Below, one piece after another: positions 48,909 through 57,929 of a DNA stretch of 64,000 bases; within the stretch, counting starts at the first letter, position 1; every line of letters begins with the position of its first letter. The notes beneath the pieces were generated by a model that saw nothing but the letters and a program-made list of their open reading frames with translations, searched no databases and was not told the origin of the DNA. A program made the translations under genes and the position numbers. Source of the DNA: Candidatus Sungiibacteriota bacterium (GTDB lineage Bacteria; Patescibacteriota; Minisyncoccia; Sungbacterales; SURF-37). The stretch lies in the NCBI GenBank assembly GCA_016186145.1, contig JACPMF010000002.1, positions 18,473 through 82,472 of the forward strand, in the 5' to 3' direction.

Positions 48909-50068
48909 ATGGACCCAAAAGACTCTTTATACATTAACAAATACTCATTTTGAGTTTTTGGCGACAAAGCAAGAACTTCTTCCTGCGCCCTCTCGGCCAT
49001 CTGTCTCATTTTCTGATTATTTTGTCTGGCCCATTTTAAAATACCGGCAAGCTTTTGGGCATCTTTTACCCCTATCACCCGCCCCGTTTCTCCATCCCTA
49101 ATTATGTCCCCCGCCACTCCAACATCGGTCATAACCACCGGACAGCCGGCGGCCGCAGCTTCAAGCACGGTACGGCCATAACCTTCAAAATTTGAAGTCA
49201 GAAGATAGATATCGGCGCCTTTATAGTATGAAACAAGATCGTCCTGCCAACCCTCAAAGCAGACTTTGTCCGCAAACCCTAAACTCGAAACTCTTCCGCC
49301 GGAGGCGGATCCGCCTTTGGCGGAAAACCCTAAACCATTACGTTCCGGGCCGTCTCCGACAATAACAAGGCCGCTTTTGGGAAATGACTTAACAAACTCC
49401 GAAAACGCCTCAAGCGCCATGCCGATATTTTTCTCACGCGTAAGTCGCGAAACCATTAGAATAATAAAATCAAATTGAGGATATTTGTTATGAAGATTAA
49501 AGCTTGGTCCTGCGTCAGCAATTCGTGCGCAGTCAACAAAGATAGGCAATACAGACAATGCTGAATGCTGAATGCTGAATGCTGAATTTAACGAATTAGC
49601 AATTCGTTTAGAAACAACTCGAAATTTGTCACCGCTGGGAATAATAAATCGCGCTAACCAATACCTCAATCGCTCTTTCCATGAATTTTTTCTGAAGCGC
49701 GGTGAGAAAAAATCTGCATGAATTTGAATATGAAGTTTTACACCAAGCGCTTTTTTCAAAAACCAACCGGCTATTCCGGTTTCTGCCGGATCTTGAACAC
49801 TCACCATTTTAATACCTCGCTCTTTAATAATCTTCTTGGCGATACGAAACGCATCAAACGGCCGCATAAAATAAAACCGCGAATTTGTAGGATAAAGAAA
49901 AAGAGGCATTGCGCGTTCCTGCTTGAATCCGCGGCCGGTATAAATAACCATATGATACTCCTCAAAAAGCCCGGCGTATTCGCGGATTCTTGCACCCGCA
50001 GGAGAATTCGGATCAAGCATGGAAATATCGGTCCCAATTATTAATATTTTCCCAGCACTTATTGACAT
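48905..50068 (-). CDS. Glycosyltransferase family 4
   Basis: EGYGRTVLEAAAAGCPVVMTDVG motif. Carries an in-frame (ATGCTGAAT)x3 repeat plus a palindrome at 49556-49600. Confidence 0.8.
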   Translation of the reverse strand: MSISAGKILIIGTDISMLDPNSPAGARIREYAGLFEEYHMVIYTGRGFKQERAMPLFLYPTNSRFYFMRPFDAFRIAKKIIKERGIKMVSVQDPAETGIAGWFLKKALGVKLHIQIHADFFSPRFRKNSWKERLRYWLARFIIPSGDKFRVVSKRIANSLNSAFSIQHSALSVLPIFVDCARIADAGPSFNLHNKYPQFDFIILMVSRLTREKNIGMALEAFSEFVKSFPKSGLVIVGDGPERNGLGFSAKGGSASGGRVSSLGFADKVCFEGWQDDLVSYYKGADIYLLTSNFEGYGRTVLEAAAAGCPVVMTDVGVAGDIIRDGETGRVIGVKDAQKLAGILKWARQNNQKMRQMAERAQEEVLALSPKTQNEYLLMYKESFGSI

Positions 50069-50133
50069 ATAAATTTATTTATGTTAAACTATAAAAACAA
50101 GCAAAGTACTAAATTATGTGACCGGAGGTAAAA

Positions 50134-50565
50134 ATGCCTTACGAAGATGTGCCCTTTAAAAACAGTGATGAACTTATGCAAATCTATCGTGAGGTCATAC
50201 GGAATAAATTCATTGAAGTTAATGGCTTATTCTGGCCTATTTCGGCTCTTGTTACACCGACTAGCAACGGTCGCCACATAACTACTGACTTCGAAGCATT
50301 CGATGGATTCATGAGGGGCCTTCGGGCTGCGTGGATTCAGATTGTAAGTGAGGAAGAAACATTGGACCCGGAACCCGGCATAGAGAAGCTCCGAAAGGCC
50401 ACATTTATTGCTACGCCACCACGTCGAGAACCGCAGCGAATGGTTGTTGAGGAGTATGTAGCGATAGATGACAAAAACCCCATTGGTGTTAGCCGCGTCG
50501 ACATCGCAGTATATTCTGAAGGCAAAAGACCGGATCTTGAAAACCGACGCCGCATCGAACTGTAG
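50134..50565 (+). CDS. Hypothetical small protein, paralog A
   Basis: 143 aa. GGAGG Shine-Dalgarno. Shares FEAFDGFMRGLRA and VVEEYVAIDD...GVSRVDIAVY blocks with the next ORF. Confidence 0.55.
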   Translation: MPYEDVPFKNSDELMQIYREVIRNKFIEVNGLFWPISALVTPTSNGRHITTDFEAFDGFMRGLRAAWIQIVSEEETLDPEPGIEKLRKATFIATPPRREPQRMVVEEYVAIDDKNPIGVSRVDIAVYSEGKRPDLENRRRIEL

Positions 50566-50599
50566 CGCAGTCCAACCAACAAACCGAAAGGAGATGCCA

Positions 50600-50935
50600 A
50601 TGTCCTACAACCATACGACGGTTGAATTCGAGGCGTTCGACGCCTTCATCATGGCCCTCCGGACCTTCGGCATCAGGCCGAAAAAGGTAGAGAACCTCGA
50701 GGTGGCAGAGGGATTTACGGGGCGGAAGTTGCGTCGCACAACTTTCATGGCCCCCCGAAAGCGAAGCACAAGTGGATTCAATGCGAAGCAACTCGGTAAT
50801 ATGCAAATGTTGGTAGTCGAGGAATATCTTGCCGTTGACGACCACGACGACGATGGCATCAGCCGCGTCGCCATCGAGGTCTATCCGTACGGCCACCGAC
50901 CGAACCTTGAAGGTCGGTGCACAATCGCCGACTGA
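50600..50935 (+). CDS. Hypothetical small protein, paralog B
   Basis: 112 aa from ATG 50600. AGGAG Shine-Dalgarno. FEAFDAFIMALRT and VVEEYLAVDD...ISRVAIEVY blocks. Local GC about 57 percent. Confidence 0.55.
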   Translation: MSYNHTTVEFEAFDAFIMALRTFGIRPKKVENLEVAEGFTGRKLRRTTFMAPRKRSTSGFNAKQLGNMQMLVVEEYLAVDDHDDDGISRVAIEVYPYGHRPNLEGRCTIAD

Positions 50936-50960
50936 TCATAAGCGCCACAAAGCGGCTCCT

Positions 50961-50992
50961 GCCGCGACCCACAGAGTCGCGGCGTTTTCTTT
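50961..50992 (+). terminator. Intrinsic terminator
   Basis: gccgcgac-ccacaga-gtcgcggc followed by gttttcttt. Confidence 0.6.
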
Positions 50993-53309
50993 ATGTTAGA
51001 CACCGCATGTCTAACACTTCTACTGTTTCTGCAAGCATTTTCTCTTTAGTAAACCGACTGGCAGTCGCGCGAGCTTGGGCAGAAAGCTGATCACGGAACG
51101 CCGAGTCGCCTAAAAATCTTCGCACCGCATCCACGATTCCTGCGTTGTCATTATATGATACCAAAATTCCGTTTTCGCCGTCTCTGACGATTTCTAGATT
51201 CCCGCCAACAGGAGTAGTAATCACCGGAATACCGGCTGCCATTGCCTCAAGAATGGTGTGCGAAAACCCCTCATACGCGGTATTCAATACAAAAACATCT
51301 GCCGCGGCAAGATACTTTAAGACCACCTCATGCGGCACACTACCGGCTATAAATACCACACATCCCAAACCAAATTTCTTAATTTCCAGTTTCAATTTTT
51401 CTTCATCAGGACCAGATCCAATAATGTAAAGTTTAAAATCGGGCAGATTCTTCCTTATAACTGCCGCGCTTTCAATAAGCGCGGAAAACCCTTTCCACGG
51501 CACAAGACGCCCGACAGATACTGCAATACTTCCGGATAAGCCAAGTTCCTGGCGCGCACCATCCTTTGTGATTTTTTCTGGTGGCGCATCAACGGCATTG
51601 TAAATAACAACTATTTTATCCTCTTCAACTCCCCAACAACAAACAATTCGTTTCAGATACTCGCTCGGCACGATAATCTTACCGGCCCTCCGCGCCACAA
51701 ATTTTTGAATTCTCCTCCTCAGCTCGGTAATAAAATCAAACTTTTCGTTTTGAAATTCATCGACATTTACAAATCTTGCCCCGCTATTTTGAGCTTTTTG
51801 CTGGTACTGTTCCCACGCATAATCGCCAACAACCTTAAGTATGAATTTTTTCTTCAGCAATTTTGCCGCAATGGCCGCCGGAAGCCCGACACTCACCGGA
51901 TCTTGCGCAAAGATAATATTGGCCCTCCGCGCCCTTGCAATAAGTTTCAAAAAATATACAAAATGGCGGATAACTTTTGGGAGATAGCGCACTGTTCCAA
52001 AACTTAAAACCTCAACTCGAAAACCGCGACTGGGTAATTCATCAACCAGCAACTTACTGTACGTCGCGGGGCCGCCGATATCAGGAGGAAAAATTCCGGT
52101 TGCGATGAGCAAATTAATTTTCTTAGCGCTTTCTGTGACGTATCTGAATACTTCTCCATATTTTTCCGCAATCGCGTCCCACTGAAAACGGGCTACTGCC
52201 GTTTTCTTTCCTTCCCCCTGTATTCGGCCTCGAAGTTCTTCGTTTTTAAAAAGCGTTTCCATTTTATCGGCGCAATCCTCCGCATCATCAATCCTAACCG
52301 CAAGGCCGGTCTTTCCGTCTTCCAAAAAATCGGGTATGCCGCCGGCCATTGTGCCTACAATCGGCAAACCAGCGGCCATGGCCTCAATAAATGAGTTTCC
52401 GAGGCCTTCGGAGCGCGAGGGACGCACAAAAACATCCGATATCTTGAGATATTTAGGAATGTCTTTATGCGAGATGTCGCCAAGGAAAATAACGCTATCC
52501 CCAACCCCATCTTTTCTAACAAGTGCTTTTAACGCTTCTTCTTCACCGCCGGAGCCGAGTACTAAAAATTTCACCTTGTAACCGCTTCGCGACAAAATGC
52601 CAATTGCCCTAATAGCAACATCAACCGCGTTTTTATGAACAAGACGGGAGGTAGTAATAACGACTTTTTCATCTGCGGCAATACCTAATTCTTTCCTAAG
52701 AGATCGTAATTCATCTTGCGGGAATTCTTTAGTAAATTCCGAGACATCCACACCGTTTGGTATCACCGCGCCCTCACCCTTATAACCGAATTCTTTACCG
52801 AGATTCAATAAAAAAGTGCTTATTGCGGTAAGATACGAGGTTCGACTTAATGCTTTACCCCATGAAAAACCGATAAGGCCGAACTTGGCTTTTTTTATAT
52901 GCCGAACGGGGTCTCCTTCCTGAAGCGTTAATACAACCGGAGTGGGTTTAGCGGGGCGGAAAATATTAATCAAATAAGGAATACCGGAAGCATACGTTGC
53001 CATAACAGCCCAAAAGAGAACGGGCTTTTCTTTTCGCAAGAAGCGCTTTACAACAAAAAAACCGAGAAACGGAATAAAAAACTTATCAAACCAAAAACCA
53101 AAGCCGATTCTTCGAATCGCTATGCCATCCTTCTCTTCGTACTTTGGCAAATCGATTCTGAAGCGTGACGTGAAAATAAAAAAACGAAACTCGTTATTGA
53201 GCCGCTCCACCACTTCCTGTATCGCTATTTCTGCCCCGCCGATAAAAGGGTCATAGGCAGTAGTAAAGACAAAAACTGCCGGCTTTTCACCCTGCTTTTC
53301 TTCTTTCAT
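50991..53309 (-). CDS. Tandem double glycosyltransferase family 4 fusion
   Basis: Two complete GT4 modules: SEGLGNSFIEAMAAGLPIVGT and YEGFSHTILEAMAAGIPVITT. 772 aa. Confidence 0.75.
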   Translation of the reverse strand: MKEEKQGEKPAVFVFTTAYDPFIGGAEIAIQEVVERLNNEFRFFIFTSRFRIDLPKYEEKDGIAIRRIGFGFWFDKFFIPFLGFFVVKRFLRKEKPVLFWAVMATYASGIPYLINIFRPAKPTPVVLTLQEGDPVRHIKKAKFGLIGFSWGKALSRTSYLTAISTFLLNLGKEFGYKGEGAVIPNGVDVSEFTKEFPQDELRSLRKELGIAADEKVVITTSRLVHKNAVDVAIRAIGILSRSGYKVKFLVLGSGGEEEALKALVRKDGVGDSVIFLGDISHKDIPKYLKISDVFVRPSRSEGLGNSFIEAMAAGLPIVGTMAGGIPDFLEDGKTGLAVRIDDAEDCADKMETLFKNEELRGRIQGEGKKTAVARFQWDAIAEKYGEVFRYVTESAKKINLLIATGIFPPDIGGPATYSKLLVDELPSRGFRVEVLSFGTVRYLPKVIRHFVYFLKLIARARRANIIFAQDPVSVGLPAAIAAKLLKKKFILKVVGDYAWEQYQQKAQNSGARFVNVDEFQNEKFDFITELRRRIQKFVARRAGKIIVPSEYLKRIVCCWGVEEDKIVVIYNAVDAPPEKITKDGARQELGLSGSIAVSVGRLVPWKGFSALIESAAVIRKNLPDFKLYIIGSGPDEEKLKLEIKKFGLGCVVFIAGSVPHEVVLKYLAAADVFVLNTAYEGFSHTILEAMAAGIPVITTPVGGNLEIVRDGENGILVSYNDNAGIVDAVRRFLGDSAFRDQLSAQARATASRFTKEKMLAETVEVLDMRCLT

Positions 53310-53352
53310 TCCTTATAATCTTACCACGCCGAACGCTACAAAGTATCAGCAA

Positions 53353-54870
53353 TCAAATCCGTAAAAACAAGAATCCGGCAGCGACAATAACGCCAATAGC
53401 CGCGGCAACGGCAAAAAACCAAAGCGGGGAAAAACCACCTGAAGCCAAAGGACTGGCCGCCTCTTTTAAAGAAGATGATTCCTGCTGATAGCCGGGTCCA
53501 ACGCCGTTACTGTCTTTATCGTCAATAACAGGAGCAACCAAAAGAGAGTCGCGCCCATCCACTGGAACATCGCTTTCGAGTGAAAGTTTACCTTGTCGGC
53601 CTTCGGCAGATACGCTTTCCGGTAAAACCACGGCGGTATTTGGCACCAAAACCGCGGGGCCGGGAACAATGTATACGCCGGGGGTCAACGATTTTGTTTT
53701 CACAAACTTTTGCCCCCCGCCTGACGCGCGCGTAAAACTCTCCTCCATAAGGAGGGGTTCTTTAAAATCACCGTAATCAATAATTTCCTCCAACGCATTC
53801 TTCAATACTATGTATGAACCGTTTTGAAAAAGGTTAGTAACGGCATTTGGAAAAACAAGGGCTGACTTCGGCTCAATGAACGTATCTTTTTGAATCACAA
53901 AAGCAGAATCGCCGCTTTCAAAACGAAACCCGCCGAGATCAAGCCGATAAGCAGTACCATTGTAAACTTCGAGAAAACCACGCTCGCCAGACTTTGCCTC
54001 GCTGATTATTATATTTGGGCTTACTACGGTGATTTTGATATAATCGGCGCCGGCATATTCACCGGAGGAAACATTCAGACTTGCAGTATAACTGCCTGGA
54101 AAATAATAAACATGCGATACGATTTTTCCTTCTTTTGTTGTGCCATCGCCGAAGTTCCAGGAAAATCTCGCCGAAATCAGCGGCTCACCGTTTATGCCGT
54201 CGGCACTTCCCCGAAACTCCACCAATGAGCCCTGAACCGCGGTGCGGTCTTTACCGGCATACGCTTTCAAAGATGGCAGTGGCGTCACGCCGGATGAAAC
54301 CGCGACCTCTTCCGATGGCAGATCTTGCGGCGAATCATCGGGCGGCGCGCTTTCACTATTCTCGTCTGAAGCATTTGCGGCGCGCGGAGTAGAGACGGCA
54401 GTAATCCACCCCGAAGATACGCGCTGCATAGTTTCTTTGGTAGTATTATCACCTGCAGGCCAGCCGGCGGATGCGTCAACTTGATCGACTGCTGCTCCGA
54501 TGTCATTTTTGAGTATCAACACCTCGCCGCTATTCGAAAGCGCGCCGGTATAAATACAGTCTGCCGCAACATTCGGCACGGTGTCGTCATTTGTTCTTTC
54601 CAATAAAAAATATCCGCCTGCCGACAGAACGGTATTCGCGCATTTATCCGAATTGATAGTAAGGCCGTATTCGCCGCCTCGCCACTCAAGGCGCCAGCCG
54701 GAAAGGTCAACCGGCGAACCCGCATCATTCTTCAACTCAACCCATTCATCGGCCGTAGAAACACCTGTTCCCATCCATGCGACCTCGCTAATCACCACCG
54801 AAGCCAATGCCGATTGGGCCAAAGCCAACACCGCCAGCGCCAATAAAACATAAAGCCATGCACTCCGCAT
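53353..54870 (-). CDS. Surface protein with signal peptide, two lamin-tail domains, a PKD domain and a C-terminal TM anchor
   Basis: Lamin-tail segments: ISEVAWMG...DEWVELKN...DLSGWRL and ISEAKSG...FLEVYNG. PKD segment: WNFGDGT...HVY. ATG at 54870 (MRSAWL). Confidence 0.55.
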   Translation of the reverse strand: MRSAWLYVLLALAVLALAQSALASVVISEVAWMGTGVSTADEWVELKNDAGSPVDLSGWRLEWRGGEYGLTINSDKCANTVLSAGGYFLLERTNDDTVPNVAADCIYTGALSNSGEVLILKNDIGAAVDQVDASAGWPAGDNTTKETMQRVSSGWITAVSTPRAANASDENSESAPPDDSPQDLPSEEVAVSSGVTPLPSLKAYAGKDRTAVQGSLVEFRGSADGINGEPLISARFSWNFGDGTTKEGKIVSHVYYFPGSYTASLNVSSGEYAGADYIKITVVSPNIIISEAKSGERGFLEVYNGTAYRLDLGGFRFESGDSAFVIQKDTFIEPKSALVFPNAVTNLFQNGSYIVLKNALEEIIDYGDFKEPLLMEESFTRASGGGQKFVKTKSLTPGVYIVPGPAVLVPNTAVVLPESVSAEGRQGKLSLESDVPVDGRDSLLVAPVIDDKDSNGVGPGYQQESSSLKEAASPLASGGFSPLWFFAVAAAIGVIVAAGFLFLRI

Positions 54871-54906
54871 GGCTTTATTCGTAGCCGAGTTGTAGAAACT
54901 CGTCAA

Positions 54907-55026
54907 TCCCACACATAACTGGACATGTTTTTGTTTTCAGTCACGAAAGAATTGGTAGCGATTTGTCAGACTAAAAAGTATGTTATGATTTAAAACACGG
55001 GACATTATGTCAAGTTATGTGTGGGA
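54907..55026. mobile_element. Non-coding MITE-like element of the cccacacataact TIR family
   Basis: tcccacacataact (54907-54920) and agttatgtgtggga (55013-55026). Flanked by tcaa on both sides. Confidence 0.5.
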
Positions 55027-55070
55027 TCAATTGACCGTCTCGCAATAAACCAAGTAAGATATAAACGTAT

Positions 55071-55943
55071 ATGAAACCGATCACGATAAGCATCGTTACG
55101 CCGACATATAATCAAGCTCGATTTATTGGTCAGACTGTTGAGAGCATTCTTTCCCAAGAGGGCGATTTTTATATTGACTATATTATTGTTAACGACGGTT
55201 CAACGGACAATACGCTTGAGGTCATTGAAAAATACGACAAACTCATGAAAACCGGCAAGTACCCGATAAAATGCAAAGAAATTTCTTACCGATACTGGAC
55301 AAGGCCTAATGGCGGGCAAACAAGTGCCATTAACGAAGGGCTGAAGGCCGCAAAGGGCTCGGTCTTGGCATGGATGAACTCCGACGACTATTACATGCCC
55401 GGGGTTTTTGAAAAAGTGGCAAAGGTTTTTACGGATGACGCGGAACTTGATTTCCTCTACGGAGATTCTTTGAAAATTTTTGAGGATGGCAGACCGCCAA
55501 AGGCCGAACCGAAACCAAGACCGGATGAAACTTTTGAAAGCTTAAGAACACGCGGCAATTCATTCGGATTCAATTTTTTCAGCAAAAAAATAATTGACAA
55601 GGTTGGCTACCTTGACGAATCTTTTCGCTACTGCATGGATTTGGAGCTTTGGCACAGGATTTTTCAATCCGGAAAAGTAAAATACATCCCGGGAACAATC
55701 GGCGCGTTCCGCGTATGGGAAGGCTCAAAAACAACGACGCAACAAAAAAAATTCGCCGAAGAGCGTCGAATAATTGCCGAACGCTACGGCGGCAACATTA
55801 TTTCCCCGCATAGTATATATGCTCTGCGCTCAAGGGCAGCTTTCACCTTAAATGCTTTTCAAAGAAAAACGCCACACCTGTACGAAACATGCAAAAAAGC
55901 ATTATACGCGGCCGTTGACCGACTAAAATATACCGTTAAATAG
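55071..55943 (+). CDS. Glycosyltransferase family 2
   Basis: IVTPTYNQ and VNDGSTDNT motifs; DxD region. Confidence 0.8.
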   Translation: MKPITISIVTPTYNQARFIGQTVESILSQEGDFYIDYIIVNDGSTDNTLEVIEKYDKLMKTGKYPIKCKEISYRYWTRPNGGQTSAINEGLKAAKGSVLAWMNSDDYYMPGVFEKVAKVFTDDAELDFLYGDSLKIFEDGRPPKAEPKPRPDETFESLRTRGNSFGFNFFSKKIIDKVGYLDESFRYCMDLELWHRIFQSGKVKYIPGTIGAFRVWEGSKTTTQQKKFAEERRIIAERYGGNIISPHSIYALRSRAAFTLNAFQRKTPHLYETCKKALYAAVDRLKYTVK

Positions 55944-55950
55944 CGTTACT

Positions 55951-56778
55951 ATGAACACCACAAATATCATGCGACGAGCCATTTTAAAAATGCGAAGAGC
56001 CTGTGGCCTAACAAATGTAACGACCTACTTTGACGGCATCCGCTACCGCTTGGGCCTTAACGAATACATTGATTCTGAAATCTATCTTCAAGGGTTTTTT
56101 GAAGAAGATACTACTTATGCCTTGCGGAAACTTGTCAGGCCGGGTATGACGATTTTTGACATAGGCGCGAATTCCGGATGCCATACCATGCGAATGGCAA
56201 AACTCACAGGTGAGACAGGAACAGTTGTCGCCTTTGAACCCGTGTCGTGGGCACAGGAAAAACTGGAAATAAATATGGCTCTCAATAATTTTGGCAACAT
56301 AGTATTAGAAAAAATGGGGCTTTCGGACAAGCCAGCAAAAAATGTTGAAGTAGAAATTGCGGCAAGCTGGCCGGTACGGACTCATAATGCCCCCCCCCCC
56401 AACCGGCTTCACCCTATTCACAAAGGAAAATTGATTAAAGCGCAAATTGATTTTTCAACAATGGATAACTATGTTAATTCGCGTAAAGTTGAAAAAGTTG
56501 ACCTGATCAAAATAGACACGGACGGTTATGAACTGCGGGTTCTCCACGGAGGCGCGAGAACGTTAAAACAATTCACGCCAATCCTTATCGTGGAGATGGA
56601 CCAGAACACGCTCAAAGAAAAAGGCGATACTCTTAAGGATTTGGTTTCATTTCTTGAAAGGTTTGGGTATAAATTCTACTCTGTTGAAAATGGATTTCGC
56701 AACTTAAACAAAGCAGATATACTCTCTTCAAAACCCGGTAAAACCAGATCGGCAAATATAGTGGCGCTGGCGGGCTAA
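55951..56778 (+). CDS. FkbM family methyltransferase
   Basis: FDIGANSGCHT motif. Contains a C11 homopolymer at 56390-56400 encoding APPPN. Confidence 0.65.
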   Translation: MNTTNIMRRAILKMRRACGLTNVTTYFDGIRYRLGLNEYIDSEIYLQGFFEEDTTYALRKLVRPGMTIFDIGANSGCHTMRMAKLTGETGTVVAFEPVSWAQEKLEINMALNNFGNIVLEKMGLSDKPAKNVEVEIAASWPVRTHNAPPPNRLHPIHKGKLIKAQIDFSTMDNYVNSRKVEKVDLIKIDTDGYELRVLHGGARTLKQFTPILIVEMDQNTLKEKGDTLKDLVSFLERFGYKFYSVENGFRNLNKADILSSKPGKTRSANIVALAG

Positions 56779-56784
56779 AACATC

Positions 56785-57918
56785 TTAATTTTTAAGCCAA
56801 ACTTTCCGGTTAACATAATCGGTATAGCTTAAAATTATTCTCACTACTTTTTCCGAAACATTAGGAACGGCATAATCGTTCGCTAAACGAACCGTCCGCT
56901 CACTACCGCGACCCTGCCTAGCGACAAGGGCAACGGCCTGACAAACTCGTTCAGGATTCAAACCGGACATAACAGTTGATGCCTCATCCATTGCCTCCGG
57001 GCGCTCGTGCGCCTCACGGATATTCACTGCCGGAAAGTTGAGAATAGACGCCTCTTCATTAATGGTGCCGCTGTCAGAAAGAACACAAAATGCGTTTTTT
57101 TGAAGCTTGAGATAGTCAAAAAAACCAAGCGGTTTTGACATTAAAACTTCGGGGGGAAAGACAACGCCGCCTTCTCCAATCCGTTTTCTAGTTCTCGGAT
57201 GAACAGAAAAGACTATTCTCTTTTTGTATTCTTGAGAGAGAACCCCAATTGTATCTACCAGCCTCTTAAAATTTTCCTCACTATCTATATTCTCTTCGCG
57301 GTGTGCGCTTAATATCAAGTATCCCATCGGATTCAAATCAAGCTCTTCCAAAATTTTTGAAGATTCTATACCGCTCAAATTCGCCTGAATCACTTCAAAC
57401 ATCGGTGAGCCGGTCTTGATAATCCTCTCCGGCGATAGGCCTTCACGAAGAAGATTTTGACGCGCCATATCGCTATACACAAGATTCACATCGCTGATAT
57501 GATCAATAATCTTTCGGTTAGCCTCTTCGGGAACGCGCTCGTCAAAACATCTGTTGCCGGCCTCCATGTGAAATATAGGGATTTTCCTGCGCTTTGCCGC
57601 GTATGCCGCAAGACAACTATTAGTGTCGCCCAAAACCAAAAAAGCATCTGGTTTCTCCTTGGCAAGAATCGGGTCTATTTTACGAATAATATCCCCTACC
57701 GATTCGGCTGGCGTTAAACCAGCGATATCAAGAATATGATCGGGCTTTCTTAAACCGAGGTCTTTAAAAAATATCCCATTCAGCTCGTAATCGTAATTCT
57801 GGCCGGTATGAACCAGAATATGATCAACATATCTGTCCAGTTCTTTGATGGTTTCAGAAAGCCGGATAATTTCCGGCCGCGTGCCAACAACAGTGAGAAT
57901 TTTAAGTTTTTTATTCAT
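56785..57918 (-). CDS. UDP-N-acetylglucosamine 2-epimerase, non-hydrolysing (WecB/FnlC/Cap5G-like)
   Basis: KILTVVGTRPEIIRLS and HTGQNYD motifs. Confidence 0.8.
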   Translation of the reverse strand: MNKKLKILTVVGTRPEIIRLSETIKELDRYVDHILVHTGQNYDYELNGIFFKDLGLRKPDHILDIAGLTPAESVGDIIRKIDPILAKEKPDAFLVLGDTNSCLAAYAAKRRKIPIFHMEAGNRCFDERVPEEANRKIIDHISDVNLVYSDMARQNLLREGLSPERIIKTGSPMFEVIQANLSGIESSKILEELDLNPMGYLILSAHREENIDSEENFKRLVDTIGVLSQEYKKRIVFSVHPRTRKRIGEGGVVFPPEVLMSKPLGFFDYLKLQKNAFCVLSDSGTINEEASILNFPAVNIREAHERPEAMDEASTVMSGLNPERVCQAVALVARQGRGSERTVRLANDYAVPNVSEKVVRIILSYTDYVNRKVWLKN

Positions 57919-57929
57919 TGTAAAGAGTT

